A stretch of DNA of 64,000 nucleotides from an uncultured Pseudomonadota bacterium (GTDB lineage Bacteria > Pseudomonadota > Gammaproteobacteria > Burkholderiales > Eutrophovitaceae), in the NCBI GenBank assembly GCA_937983055.1, contig CALJLA010000211.1, positions 12,414-76,413 on the forward strand. The letters run 5' to 3'. This document shows, in pieces, positions 47,269-56,726 of this stretch. Position 1 is the stretch's first letter. Every line of letters begins with the position of its first letter. The translations under genes were made by a program, and so were the position numbers. The notes under the pieces were generated by a model, which saw nothing but the letters and a program-made list of their open reading frames with translations, was not told the origin of the DNA and ran no database searches.

Positions 47269-48345
47269 CTAACGCTGCTCGGCCTTCCACATCATCCAGA
47301 CGGCCGTTGCGAGGAATACCAGGGTCGGCATCACGGCGCTGAACAGCGGCGGCCAGGCGTTCAGCAAGCCGAGGTGGCCGAACAGCCGGTTTGCCAGGTG
47401 AAAGCCGAGTCCGAGCATGATGCCGGCGAAGATCTTCGAACTGATGCCGCCCTCGCGCACCTGGAAGTTGGCGAATGGCAGCGCCAGCACCATCATCACC
47501 AGCACCGCGAACGGGTAGATGATCTTCTGCCACAGGGCGATTTCGTAGCGGGCGGTCTCCTGCTTGTTGTCGCGCAGGTGCCCGATGTAGGAGTAGAGGT
47601 CCCAAAGCGACATCTGTTCCGGCACCACCATCAGCACGTTCAGGATCGACGGGCTCAGCACCGAACGCCAGAACGCCTCGGGTATCTTGCTGACGGAGGT
47701 TCGGTTGCTCTCGAACCGGGTCTGCACCACATCCTTGAGCCGCCAAAGATTGTCCCGCTGGTACTCGCCGCGCTTTGCATGACTGATGGCGCGCAGGCGA
47801 TAGTCCGCGTCGAATTCATAGATATTCACGTCGTGAATCACGGTTTCCGGCATGATTCTCGACACATTGACGAAGTTGGTGTCGTCCTTCACCCACAGGC
47901 CGGATCGGAACGCCTGCGCGACGACGTTGCTGGTGGTGGCCTTCAGGCGCAGGCGCTGCGCCGCCTGCTCGCTGATGGGCGCCACGAACTCGCCGAGCAC
48001 GAAAGTCAGCACCGACAGCGCAACGCCGATCTGAACCAGGGCAACGGCCATCGCGCGCATCGACACGCCGGATACCCGCATCACCGTGTACTCCGAGCTC
48101 GACACCAGCTGCGCCAGCGAGAACAGCGTCCCGATCAGCGCGGCCACCGGCAGAATCTCGTAAGCGCGCCCCGGAAGGCTGAGCCCGACGTATACCGCCG
48201 CTACCGTCAGGCTGTACCTTCCTCGGCCGAGATCGGACAGCTCCTGGATGAAATCGAAGAACCCGAACAGCAGCAACAGAGCGGAAAATACCAGCGCGGT
48301 TGCGCCGAATACCTGCTTCGCGACATAGCGACGGATCGTCCTCAT
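47269..48345 (-). CDS. lptG: LPS export ABC permease LptG
   Basis: Start at ATG 48345 (MRTIRRYVAKQVFGAT...), overlapping the lptF stop by 4 nt. The listed start 48441 overlaps lptF. Confidence 0.88.
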   Translation of the reverse strand: MRTIRRYVAKQVFGATALVFSALLLLFGFFDFIQELSDLGRGRYSLTVAAVYVGLSLPGRAYEILPVAALIGTLFSLAQLVSSSEYTVMRVSGVSMRAMAVALVQIGVALSVLTFVLGEFVAPISEQAAQRLRLKATTSNVVAQAFRSGLWVKDDTNFVNVSRIMPETVIHDVNIYEFDADYRLRAISHAKRGEYQRDNLWRLKDVVQTRFESNRTSVSKIPEAFWRSVLSPSILNVLMVVPEQMSLWDLYSYIGHLRDNKQETARYEIALWQKIIYPFAVLVMMVLALPFANFQVREGGISSKIFAGIMLGLGFHLANRLFGHLGLLNAWPPLFSAVMPTLVFLATAVWMMWKAEQR

Positions 48346-49430
48346 GCGCGCGCGCGCCTCAGGCGAAACAGCGGGCGCACCGCCAGCCGCCGGTGAAACA
48401 GGGCAACAACCAGCGCGAGCATGATCAGATGCATCGACCACATGCCGACGACGGGGGGCACTTTCTGCTGGGCAACCCAGGCCTGCATGATGCTCAGCAT
48501 GTTGCTGTAGACCATGTACACCAGCGCGGCGACCATCAGGTTAAGCGAACGGCCGGCGCGCGGATTGACGAAAGAAAGCGGGATCGCGAGCAGGCACAAC
48601 ATCAGCGCGCTGAGCGGAAAGCCGGCGCGCCAGATCAGCTCGGCCTTGGCCTCCGCATTGTTCTCATTGAGCAGATCCAGCGACGGTCGCGATTTCGTCG
48701 AGGGGAGGTATTCCTTCATCTCCCGCGCTTCGATGCGCAACGCGTACTTGTCGAACTCGATGATCTTGTATTCCGCCGAGCCCGGCGGCCCGATGTAGCG
48801 CCGCCCGTTCTCGAGTACCAGGAAGCGGTCGCCGTTCGGGGCCGTTTCCTGATAGCCGCGCTTCGCGACGGTGGTCCCGATTTCCTTGTTCTCTTCCGAA
48901 TACACGAAGATGTTGGCCACCACGGACAGATCCATGGTGAGCTTTTCGACGAAGAATACCCGGTCTCCGCCGCGCGATTCCTTGAACACGCCGGGCGAGA
49001 TCGCGGCGACGTCGTCACGACTTTCCAGCTGGCGCCGGAACTCTTCCGTCTTGGCCGTGGCCCAGGGCGACAGCAGCATGCTGAGCAGGCCGATAGTGAA
49101 GATGAACGGCGCCGCATAGTACAGGGTCGGCCTGATCCATTTTGTCAGCCCCTGGCCGGAGGTGAACCACACGACCATCTCCGAATCCCGGTAGCTGCGC
49201 GTCAACACCATCAGCACCGAAATGAACAAGGTCAGCGACAGCAGAATCGGCAGATAACGCAGCGCCGCGAAGCCCAGAAAAGTCAGCACCGCATCGGTGG
49301 AGATGCTGCCGCGGGCGGCATAGCCAAGAAAGCGGATGAACTGCGTCGTAAAGGTTATCGCCAGGAGCACCAGCAGCGTCGCAACACCCGTCGAGGCGAA
49401 TTCTCGCAGTAACGCCCGCTGGAAGATCAT
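48342..49430 (-). CDS. lptF: LPS export ABC permease LptF
   Basis: 362 aa starting MIFQRALLREFASTG. YjgP/YjgQ family, paired with lptG and divergent from pepA. Confidence 0.88.
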   Translation of the reverse strand: MIFQRALLREFASTGVATLLVLLAITFTTQFIRFLGYAARGSISTDAVLTFLGFAALRYLPILLSLTLFISVLMVLTRSYRDSEMVVWFTSGQGLTKWIRPTLYYAAPFIFTIGLLSMLLSPWATAKTEEFRRQLESRDDVAAISPGVFKESRGGDRVFFVEKLTMDLSVVANIFVYSEENKEIGTTVAKRGYQETAPNGDRFLVLENGRRYIGPPGSAEYKIIEFDKYALRIEAREMKEYLPSTKSRPSLDLLNENNAEAKAELIWRAGFPLSALMLCLLAIPLSFVNPRAGRSLNLMVAALVYMVYSNMLSIMQAWVAQQKVPPVVGMWSMHLIMLALVVALFHRRLAVRPLFRLRRARA

Positions 49431-49435
49431 TGCTT

Positions 49436-49465
49436 TTGACTTTTGCTTCGGCGCGAAGAGATAAT
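49436..49465 (+). promoter_or_regulatory. candidate sigma-70 promoter for pepA
   Basis: TTGACT-N18-GATAAT, ~40 nt upstream of the pepA start. Found by motif inspection only. Confidence 0.3.
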
Positions 49466-49506
49466 TCTAAGTGGTTGAAAAAAATGAATCATTGAAGGAG
49501 AGTCGC

Positions 49507-50994
49507 GTGGACTTTAGCACAAAAGAAGCGCACCCGGAGTCACTGAAATCCGATTGCGTGGCCGTCGTCGTGTTTTCCGACGGCAAGCTCTCGGCCTCTG
49601 CCAAGCGGATCGACAGCGCCGCCCGCGGACGCATCGTCAGGCTGCTGAAGAACGGCGACTTCGAGCCGCGGCCCGGGGCCACGGCAATGCTCTACGACCT
49701 GGAAGGGGTCGCCGCGCCGCGCGTAATGCTGGTCGGCGCCGGCAAGAATGCGAAAGTGTCTGCAAAAGATTACCGCGATATGGTGCGGGGCGCCGTGCGC
49801 ACCGTGGCAGACAGCGGCATCGCGGAACTCGCGCTGTACCTGACCGACTGCGACGTCGACGGGCGCGACGCCGCCTGGGCGGCGATGCAGGTGCCGGTAG
49901 GCGCCCTGGAGGTTACCTACCGGTTCAGCCGGCTGAAGAGCGACAAGCCGCGCAGCCGCGGCGGGCTTAAGCGCGTCGTTGTGGCAGCCAGCGCCAAGGG
50001 CGCGCGCCACCTGGATGCGGCGGTCAAGCGCGGCGCCGCGATTGGCGACGGCGTGAACTTCGCGCGAGAGCTCGGCAACCTGCCGCCCAACGTGTGCACG
50101 CCAAGCTACCTTGCCGACCAGGCCAGGCAGCTTGCCCGGCACGGCAAAATGAGCGTCAGCGTGCTCGGCGAAAAGGAAATGCGCAAGCTGGGCATGGGCG
50201 CCCTGCTGGCAGTGGCTCAGGGCAGCCGGCAGCCGCCGAAGTTCATCGTGCTCGAGCACCGCGGCGGAACGCGCACGCAGAAACCGGTGGTGCTGGTCGG
50301 CAAGGGCATCACCTTCGACACCGGCGGCATCTCGCTGAAGCCCTCGGCCGAGATGGACGAGATGAAGTACGACATGTCCGGGGCCGGCAGCGTGCTCGGC
50401 ACTCTCCATGCGATCTCGGCAATGAAGCTGCCGCTCAACGTAGTGGGGCTTGTACCGACGACAGAGAACATGCCCGGCGGCAATGCCACCCGGCCCGGCG
50501 ACATCGTCACCAGCATGTCGGGACAGACCGTCGAGGTTCTCAACACCGACGCAGAAGGCAGACTGATTCTGTGCGACGCGCTCACGTATGCCGAGCGGTA
50601 TCAGCCGTCGGCCGTGGTGGACATCGCCACGCTGACCGGCGCCTGCGTCATCGCGCTGGGCCATGTCGCCACCGGGCTGTTCAGCCCGGACGACGGATTG
50701 GCGCAGGAACTGCTGGATGCCGGCCAAACTGCCTGGGACCGGGCCTGGCGTATGCCGGTGTGGGAGGACTATCAGGACCAGCTGAAGAGCAATTTCGCCG
50801 ACATGGCGAATATCGGCGGCCGGCCCGCCGGCAGCGTAACCGCAGCCTGTTTTCTGGAACGCTATGCGCGAAAGTATCCTTGGGCGCATCTGGACATCGC
50901 AGGCACCGCCTGGCGCTCGGGCAAGGAAAAGGGCTCGACCGGTCGCCCGGTTCCGCTGCTTACCCAGTTTCTGATGACGCGGGCTGGGTGGTGA
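49507..50994 (+). CDS. pepA: leucyl aminopeptidase
   Basis: GTG 49507 preceded by aaggag (MDFSTKEAHPESL...), while the listed start 49471 lacks an SD. The motif NTDAEGRLILCDAL is present. Confidence 0.92.
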   Translation: MDFSTKEAHPESLKSDCVAVVVFSDGKLSASAKRIDSAARGRIVRLLKNGDFEPRPGATAMLYDLEGVAAPRVMLVGAGKNAKVSAKDYRDMVRGAVRTVADSGIAELALYLTDCDVDGRDAAWAAMQVPVGALEVTYRFSRLKSDKPRSRGGLKRVVVAASAKGARHLDAAVKRGAAIGDGVNFARELGNLPPNVCTPSYLADQARQLARHGKMSVSVLGEKEMRKLGMGALLAVAQGSRQPPKFIVLEHRGGTRTQKPVVLVGKGITFDTGGISLKPSAEMDEMKYDMSGAGSVLGTLHAISAMKLPLNVVGLVPTTENMPGGNATRPGDIVTSMSGQTVEVLNTDAEGRLILCDALTYAERYQPSAVVDIATLTGACVIALGHVATGLFSPDDGLAQELLDAGQTAWDRAWRMPVWEDYQDQLKSNFADMANIGGRPAGSVTAACFLERYARKYPWAHLDIAGTAWRSGKEKGSTGRPVPLLTQFLMTRAGW

Positions 50995-51049
50995 GGCATC
51001 GGAGCATGCCTGCCGCTGATGCGACAATGCACACCATGAGCGCACGGCG

Positions 51050-51478
51050 ATGACCGAAGTCCTGTTCTACACCCACAGCGCAGACCGTTTTCACACCGCC
51101 TGCCAGGTGACGGCGAAAGCGCATTCGCTCAGAAAACGAGTCATGTTGCTGACACCGGATGCCGCCACGACCGACAAGGTTTCGCGGCTGTTATGGACGA
51201 CGCCGGCCATCGGCTTCTTTCCGCATTGCCGGAGCGGCGATCGGTTGGCCGCAGTCACGCCGATCATCGTCGACCATCTGAGCGACCCGCTGGTGCACGA
51301 CGAAGTGCTTATCAATCTCTGCGACCAGACACCTGAATGCTTCAGCCGTTTTCACCGGCTGGTCGAGATCGTCGGCATCGACGAGGCGGCGCGGGCTGCG
51401 GCCCGCGAGCGCTACCGGTTCTATCGGGACCGCGGCTATCAAATCCGCACCCATCCGCTTGCCAAGGGCGAAGACTGA
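51050..51478 (+). CDS. holC: DNA polymerase III subunit chi
   Basis: 142 aa. Call rests on the conserved pepA-holC-valS context, the size, and the N-terminus VLFYTHSADRFHTACQVTAKAH. Confidence 0.8.
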   Translation: MTEVLFYTHSADRFHTACQVTAKAHSLRKRVMLLTPDAATTDKVSRLLWTTPAIGFFPHCRSGDRLAAVTPIIVDHLSDPLVHDEVLINLCDQTPECFSRFHRLVEIVGIDEAARAAARERYRFYRDRGYQIRTHPLAKGED

Positions 51479-51482
51479 GCCA

Positions 51483-51896
51483 ATGGCCGACCAAAGGCGC
51501 AATCGGGACGCCCTGTTCGACAAGCTCGACAGTCTCATCAAGCGGCAGCGAGCGCAGCCGTCAGCCGAGGTACCGGTCCTCTCGCGGCCGACCCAGGCCG
51601 GTACGGGGGAAGGCATCCCGACACTGACCGAGGCGGTGTCCGGCCCGGGCCGAAGTCGCCAGCTCTCCCGAAGCGAACTGGAACAGGCGATATCGATGCG
51701 CCTGGCCGAGAGCATCGAGCGCGAAATCAGAAACCTCGGTGTCGAGTTTCCCTCAATCGCCTCTTCGCTCGATCTGCTCGGCCGTTCGATGGTGCGCAGC
51801 CTGCCGGCGCTGGCGCACATCGCCTGCGCGGACGCGCCGGACAAGCCGGCCCCGGCAGACGGATCGGCGCCGCAGCCCGCGGACAGCGAGGACTGA
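51483..51896 (+). CDS. hypothetical protein
   Basis: 137 aa from ATG 51483 ([22 protein letters not shown]...). I recognise no motif. Coding status is supported only by ORF length and its position between holC and valS. Confidence 0.45.
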   Translation: MADQRRNRDALFDKLDSLIKRQRAQPSAEVPVLSRPTQAGTGEGIPTLTEAVSGPGRSRQLSRSELEQAISMRLAESIEREIRNLGVEFPSIASSLDLLGRSMVRSLPALAHIACADAPDKPAPADGSAPQPADSED

Positions 51897-51955
51897 GCCG
51901 CTATAATCCTGCGCTTTCGAGTTGCCCCGGGCGTTCGCCCCGGGATTCAGGCCCC

Positions 51956-54757
51956 ATGGAATTAGCCAAGAGCTTCGAGCCGAAAGCCATCGAGCAGCGC
52001 TGGTACCCGTTCTGGGAGTCGCGCGGATACTTTAGCGCCGATCCGAAGCGCAAGGGGCCCGCGTACTGCATCCAGCTGCCGCCGCCCAACGTCACCGGCA
52101 CGCTGCACATGGGCCATGCGTTCCAGCAGACGTTGATGGACGCGCTGATCCGTTATCACCGGATGCGCGGGCACAACACTAACTGGGTGGTCGGCACCGA
52201 TCATGCCGGTATCGCGACCCAGATAGTGGTCGAGCGCCAGCGCGAGGCGGAAGGCAAGGCGCGGCACGACCTCGGGCGCGAGGCATTTGTCGAGCGGGTG
52301 TGGGGCTGGAAACAACAGTCCGGGTCCACCATCACCCGCCAGATGCGTCGGCTGGGCACGTCCGCCAACTGGACCTACGCCGACACCGAGGGGCAGCGCG
52401 GCGGCTATTTCACCATGGATGCGCGCATGTCCCGCGCGGTATCCGAAGTGTTCGTTCGATTGCACGAGCAGGGCCTGATCTACCGCGGCAAGCGCCTGGT
52501 GAACTGGGACCCGGTGCTCGGGACCGCGGTATCGGATCTCGAGGTCGACAGCGAGGAAGAAGACGGCCGCCTTTGGGAAATCCGCTACCCTGGCGCCGAC
52601 GGCTCGGCCGGCGTAGTCGTTGCCACGACCCGGCCGGAGACGATGCTTGGTGACGTGGCCGTGGCGGTGCATCCGGAGGATGCGCGCTACCGAAACCTCG
52701 TCGGCAAGCAGCTCGTCCTGCCGCTGACCGGTCGAAGCATCCCGGTAATCGCCGACGAGTATGTCGATCCGGACTTCGGCACCGGCTGCGTCAAGATCAC
52801 GCCGGCCCATGATTTCAACGACTACCGGGTAGGTCAGCGGCACCACCTCGACGCGATCAGCGTCCTGACGCTCGACGCGAAGATCAGCGATGCCGCGCCC
52901 GAAGCCTATCGAGCGCTCGACCGCTTCGAAGCAAGAAAGCGCGTCCTGGAAGATCTCAAGACCCAGGGCCTCCTGGTGTCGGAGAAACCGCACAAGCTCA
53001 AGGTTCCACGCTCCGGGCGCACCGGCGTGGTGGTCGAGCCGATGCTCACCGACCAATGGTTCGTGCAGATGGAGGGCCTGGCGCGGCGCGGACTGGAGGC
53101 AGTTGCCAGCGGCGAGGTGAAGTTTTTTCCGGAACACTGGTCGGCGACCTACAACCACTGGCTGGAGAACATCCAGGACTGGTGCATTTCCCGGCAGCTC
53201 TGGTGGGGCCACCAGATTCCTGCGTGGTACGACGATGCGGGCAATATTTATGTTGCGCGCACCGAGGAAGCCGCGCGTCAGCAGGCCGCTGCCCGCGGTT
53301 ATCGCGGCGAACTGCGGCGCGACCCCGACGTGCTCGATACCTGGTTTTCCTCGGCGCTGGTGCCGTTCACCTCGCTGGGCTGGCCCGAACAGACACCCGA
53401 CCTCAAGGCTTTCCTGCCGTCCAACGTGCTGGTCACCGGCTTCGACATCATTTTCTTCTGGGTTGCCCGGATGATCATGATGACGCTGCATTTCACCGAT
53501 CAGGTGCCGTTCCGGCATGTCTACATCAATGCCCTGGTAAGAGACGCCGAGGGGCAGAAGATGTCCAAGTCCAAGGGGAACACGCTGGATCCGCTTGATC
53601 TGATCGACGGCATCACGCTGCCCGCGTTGCTGGAGAAGTCGACCGTTGGCCTGCTGCGCGCCGAACACAAGGCCAAGATCGAAAAGTACGTGCGCCGCAA
53701 TTACCCGGAGGGCATTCCGGCTTTCGGTGCCGATGCGCTGCGTTTCACCTTTGCGTCGCTGGCAACTTTTGCACGCACGCTCAACTTCGATTTGAATCGC
53801 TGCGAAGGCTACCGCAACTTCTGCAACAAGCTCTGGAATGCCACCCGCTTCGTGCTGATGAACTGCGAGGGGCAGGATTGCGGTCTCGAGCCGCACGACA
53901 CCTCGGAATGCGCGCCGGGTGGTTACCTGGAATTCTCCGCCGCCGACCGTTGGATCGTCAGCCAGCTCCAGCGCACCGAGGCCGAGGTGGAAAAGGGCTT
54001 TGCCGAGTACCGCTTCGACAATGCGGCCGGAGCGATCTACCGCTTCGTCTGGGACGAATATTGCGACTGGTACCTGGAGCTGGCAAAAGTCCAGCTACAG
54101 GGCGGCACTCCGGCGCAGCAGCGGGCCACCCGCCGCACGCTGCTGCGGGTGCTCGAGACGACGCTGCGGCTTGCACACCCGATCATTCCCTTCATCACCG
54201 AAGAGCTGTGGCAGAAGGTTGCGCCGATGGCCGGCCGAGAAGGCGAAACCATCATGCTCGCCCCCTATCCTCAAAGCGAGCCCGGCAAGATCGACGAGGC
54301 TGCGGAAGCGACGGTTCGCGAGCTGAAGGAACTCACAACCGCCTGTCGCAGCCTGCGTTCCGAGATGGGGTTGTCGCCCGCACAGCGCGTGCCGTTGCTG
54401 ATCAGCACCGACGAATCGCGCGCCGCCCGGCTGCGACCTTACCTCGTTGCGCTCGCGCGCCTGTCGGAGGTCACCGCCCTTGGCGGCGAACTGCCCAGGG
54501 CGGAGGCACCGGTTGCCATCGTCGGCGAGCACCGGCTGATGCTCAAAGTCGAAGTCGACGTTGCCGCCGAGCGCGAGCGCCTGGGCAAGGAAGTTGCGCG
54601 CCTCGAAGGCGAGATCGCCAAAGCCAACGCCAAGTTGGCGAACAAAAGCTTCGTCGAGCGCGCCCCCGCGAACGTCGTCGCCCAGGAAAAAGAACGACTC
54701 GACACCTTCAGCTCCACCCTGGAGAAGATACGGGGGCAACTGGCGCGGCTGCAATAG
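51956..54757 (+). CDS. valS: valine--tRNA ligase
   Basis: 933 aa with [14 protein letters not shown] (HIGH), KMSKSKGN (KMSKS) and a C-terminal coiled coil. Confidence 0.97.
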   Translation: MELAKSFEPKAIEQRWYPFWESRGYFSADPKRKGPAYCIQLPPPNVTGTLHMGHAFQQTLMDALIRYHRMRGHNTNWVVGTDHAGIATQIVVERQREAEGKARHDLGREAFVERVWGWKQQSGSTITRQMRRLGTSANWTYADTEGQRGGYFTMDARMSRAVSEVFVRLHEQGLIYRGKRLVNWDPVLGTAVSDLEVDSEEEDGRLWEIRYPGADGSAGVVVATTRPETMLGDVAVAVHPEDARYRNLVGKQLVLPLTGRSIPVIADEYVDPDFGTGCVKITPAHDFNDYRVGQRHHLDAISVLTLDAKISDAAPEAYRALDRFEARKRVLEDLKTQGLLVSEKPHKLKVPRSGRTGVVVEPMLTDQWFVQMEGLARRGLEAVASGEVKFFPEHWSATYNHWLENIQDWCISRQLWWGHQIPAWYDDAGNIYVARTEEAARQQAAARGYRGELRRDPDVLDTWFSSALVPFTSLGWPEQTPDLKAFLPSNVLVTGFDIIFFWVARMIMMTLHFTDQVPFRHVYINALVRDAEGQKMSKSKGNTLDPLDLIDGITLPALLEKSTVGLLRAEHKAKIEKYVRRNYPEGIPAFGADALRFTFASLATFARTLNFDLNRCEGYRNFCNKLWNATRFVLMNCEGQDCGLEPHDTSECAPGGYLEFSAADRWIVSQLQRTEAEVEKGFAEYRFDNAAGAIYRFVWDEYCDWYLELAKVQLQGGTPAQQRATRRTLLRVLETTLRLAHPIIPFITEELWQKVAPMAGREGETIMLAPYPQSEPGKIDEAAEATVRELKELTTACRSLRSEMGLSPAQRVPLLISTDESRAARLRPYLVALARLSEVTALGGELPRAEAPVAIVGEHRLMLKVEVDVAAERERLGKEVARLEGEIAKANAKLANKSFVERAPANVVAQEKERLDTFSSTLEKIRGQLARLQ

Positions 54758-54782
54758 TGGCCGGTCTTCAACGAGGTAAGGC

Positions 54783-55369
54783 AAAAGCGAGGCGAACCAC
54801 CAAGGCACTAAGAAGGGTTCGAATCCTTGTCTACTCGACAAATCCTTGAGGGCGGCGATTGCCCGGGGAGTAAGTACTCGAATGCCTCAAGACGATGGTA
54901 GCGAGGCGATAGGCGTTCCTCTTGCGCATGCCCCGATCGGTGCAGACCTCGACTTCCTGGCAAAAAAAGGTCATCGATGCCGCGTTCAAGGTGCATCGGG
55001 TCCTCGGACCGGGCTTACTCGAGTCGGTCTACGAGGTGTGCTTATGCGAAGAACTGAGTATTCGGGGAATTTCCTTCACGCGGCAGCATCCGATTCCCAT
55101 TGTCTACGAGAGCGCCGTAATTGAGGCAGGACTGAGAATTGATCTCTTGATTCGCGATCAGTTGGTCGTTGAACTGAAGGCGGTCGAGCACCTCTTGCCA
55201 ATTCATGAAGCCCAGGTCCTCACCTATCTGAAGCTAGCCAAACTGCGGCTCGGACTGCTGATCAACTTCAACGTGCGGTCGTTCAAGCAAGGCATCCGAA
55301 GACTGATCTTATAGATGTTCAGAATTTTCTTGGTGTCCTTGGTGCCTTGGTGGTTCGATCAAAGCTTTT
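54783..55369 (+). mobile_element. hairpin-bounded cassette carrying a GxxExxY gene
   Basis: A perfect 16-nt inverted repeat, cgaaccaccaaggcac (54793..54808) and gtgccttggtggttcg (55342..55357), extended imperfectly outward to aaaagc (54783..54788) and gctttt (55364..55369). It encloses ORF 54922..55314. Mobility is inferred, not shown. Confidence 0.5.
54922..55314 (+). CDS. GxxExxY protein (PD-(D/E)XK nuclease-fold, PDDEXK_3-like)
   Basis: 130 aa with VIDAAFKVHRVLGPGLLESVYEVCL (the GxxExxY motif), DLLIRDQLVVELKAVEHLLPIHEAQVLTYLKL and LGLLINFN. Confidence 0.85.
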   Translation: MRMPRSVQTSTSWQKKVIDAAFKVHRVLGPGLLESVYEVCLCEELSIRGISFTRQHPIPIVYESAVIEAGLRIDLLIRDQLVVELKAVEHLLPIHEAQVLTYLKLAKLRLGLLINFNVRSFKQGIRRLIL

Positions 55370-56564
55370 CAGCGCGCTAAAACACCCCAGTTATCGCCGA
55401 TTCTTCTCCGGCCAGGCCGTCTCCATCCTCGGCAGCTGGCTTCAGCAGATCGCGCTTTCCTGGCTGGTGTACCGGACTACCGGGTCGGCGCTGTTGCTGG
55501 GCGTCGTAGCGTTTGCCAACCAGGCGCCGATACTCTTTATCGCGCCCTTTTCCGGGCTGCTCGCCGACCGGTTCGATCGGCGCAAACTCCTGATCGCCAC
55601 CCAGAGCTTCGCCGCGCTGCAAGCGCTGCTGCTGGCAGTGCTGACGCTCGGCGGCTGGATCGAGTCGTGGCACATCGTTTTGCTCGCGCTGGTGTACGGC
55701 GTGGCGATGGGTCTCGACACGCCGGTGCGGCACTCGCTGTTCGTGCATCTGCTGAACGACCGTGCCGATCTGCCGAACGCGATCGCGCTGAATTCCTTTC
55801 TGATGAACAGCGGGCGACTGGTCGGCCCCTCAATCGCGGGGGTGGCACTGATCTTCGTCGACGAAGGGGTGTGCTTTCTGCTCAATGCGCTGAGCTACCT
55901 GGCAATGCTGTGGGTAGCTTGGACGCTGACGCCCCCGCCGGCAAAGACTCAGGCAGCGATCACGTCATGGCTGGAATCGTTGAAAGAGGGGTTCGCCTAC
56001 GCATGGCGCACCCGCGAAATCCGCCTGCTGCTTGCGATGGTCGCCTCCATCGGATTCTTTGGCTCTTCCTACCTGGTGCTGATGCCCGTCTTCGCCAAGG
56101 ACGTTTTCGCCGGCGGGTCGGAAACGCTGGGCTTTCTGGTCGGGTGCGCCGGTTTCGGCGCGGTGATCGGCACCGGCTACCTGGCAGCCTGCGGCGATCC
56201 TCGGCAACTGAGCCGCCGGCTGGCGTGTTCCAGTTTCATCGCCGGCGTCGCGCTACTAGGCGTCGGCCTGTCGCCGTCGCTGTGGATCGCCTATCCGGTG
56301 ATGGTGTTCCTCGGGTTCGGCATTATCGTCACCGCGGCCTCGGTCAACATCCTGCTGCAATCAAAGGTCGACGACGACAAGCGCGGCCGTGTAGTGAGCT
56401 TCTACGCCATGGCTTTCATGGGCATCATGCCCTTCGGCTCGCTAACCGCAGGCAGTCTCGCCAACCAGATCGGCGCCCCGGCCACCGCCGTCACTTTCGG
56501 CCTCTGCTGCCTGACGATTGGCACCCTGATCGGCCTGCGCATCCGGAGCGCATCAGCTCCCTGA
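55347..56564 (+). CDS. MFS transporter (EntS/DUF894-like)
   Basis: 405 aa with ~12 TM segments and the N-terminus LFSALKHPSYRRFFSGQAVSILGSWLQQIALSWLVY. The only in-frame starts are TTG 55347 and GTG 55350, both inside the right hairpin arm. Confidence 0.85.
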   Translation: MVVRSKLFSALKHPSYRRFFSGQAVSILGSWLQQIALSWLVYRTTGSALLLGVVAFANQAPILFIAPFSGLLADRFDRRKLLIATQSFAALQALLLAVLTLGGWIESWHIVLLALVYGVAMGLDTPVRHSLFVHLLNDRADLPNAIALNSFLMNSGRLVGPSIAGVALIFVDEGVCFLLNALSYLAMLWVAWTLTPPPAKTQAAITSWLESLKEGFAYAWRTREIRLLLAMVASIGFFGSSYLVLMPVFAKDVFAGGSETLGFLVGCAGFGAVIGTGYLAACGDPRQLSRRLACSSFIAGVALLGVGLSPSLWIAYPVMVFLGFGIIVTAASVNILLQSKVDDDKRGRVVSFYAMAFMGIMPFGSLTAGSLANQIGAPATAVTFGLCCLTIGTLIGLRIRSASAP

Positions 56565-56617
56565 TCCCTCTTCGCGCCAGACTTCTCCGCGCAGCATGCT
56601 GCCCGAACGCATTCCTG

Positions 56618-56642
56618 GGTGCCTTCGTGCCTTCGTGTTGCG
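56618..56642. repeat. solo right-type hairpin-family arm
   Basis: ggtgccttcgtgccttcgtgttgcg. Its reverse complement matches the left-arm core at 54793..54808 in 13 of 16 positions. Confidence 0.5.
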
Positions 56643-56663
56643 CTTTGAGCTTTTGAAAAGCAC

Positions 56664-56695
56664 TCAAAAGAAAACGGGCGCCCGAAGGCGCCCGT
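56664..56695 (-). terminator. rho-independent terminator of the porin gene
   Basis: The hairpin acgggcgcc-cgaa-ggcgcccgt is followed on the minus strand by a T-rich run (ttttctttt). Confidence 0.75.
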
Positions 56696-56726
56696 CCTGA
56701 TGCCGTGCTGCCTGACCTAAGTCAGA

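Noticed and set aside
51962-53896. A 644-aa minus-strand ORF opposite valS. Similar long antisense ORFs occur at 23767..25119, 26251..27597, 36728..37927, 49540..51045, 35755..36870 and 14172..14927.
   Set aside because: Each is fully overlapped by a gene with strong family motifs on the other strand. Their composition is low-complexity and Arg/Ala/Gly-rich.
54815-54826. gggttcgaatcc, a perfect tRNA T-loop-like motif just inside the left arm of the GxxExxY cassette, which could be a tRNA fragment or an attachment site.
   Set aside because: There is no matching acceptor 5' strand (gagtaga), D-arm or anticodon arm in the ~70 nt upstream. It is probably a chance T-arm mimic within the arm.
54962-54968. 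An A7 run near the 5' end of the GxxExxY gene where a second frame (ORF 54846..) could be joined by slippage, suggesting a frameshifted or phase-variable gene.
   Set aside because: The ORF from ATG 54922 already has normal family length (130 aa) and an uninterrupted conserved core, so no frameshift is needed.
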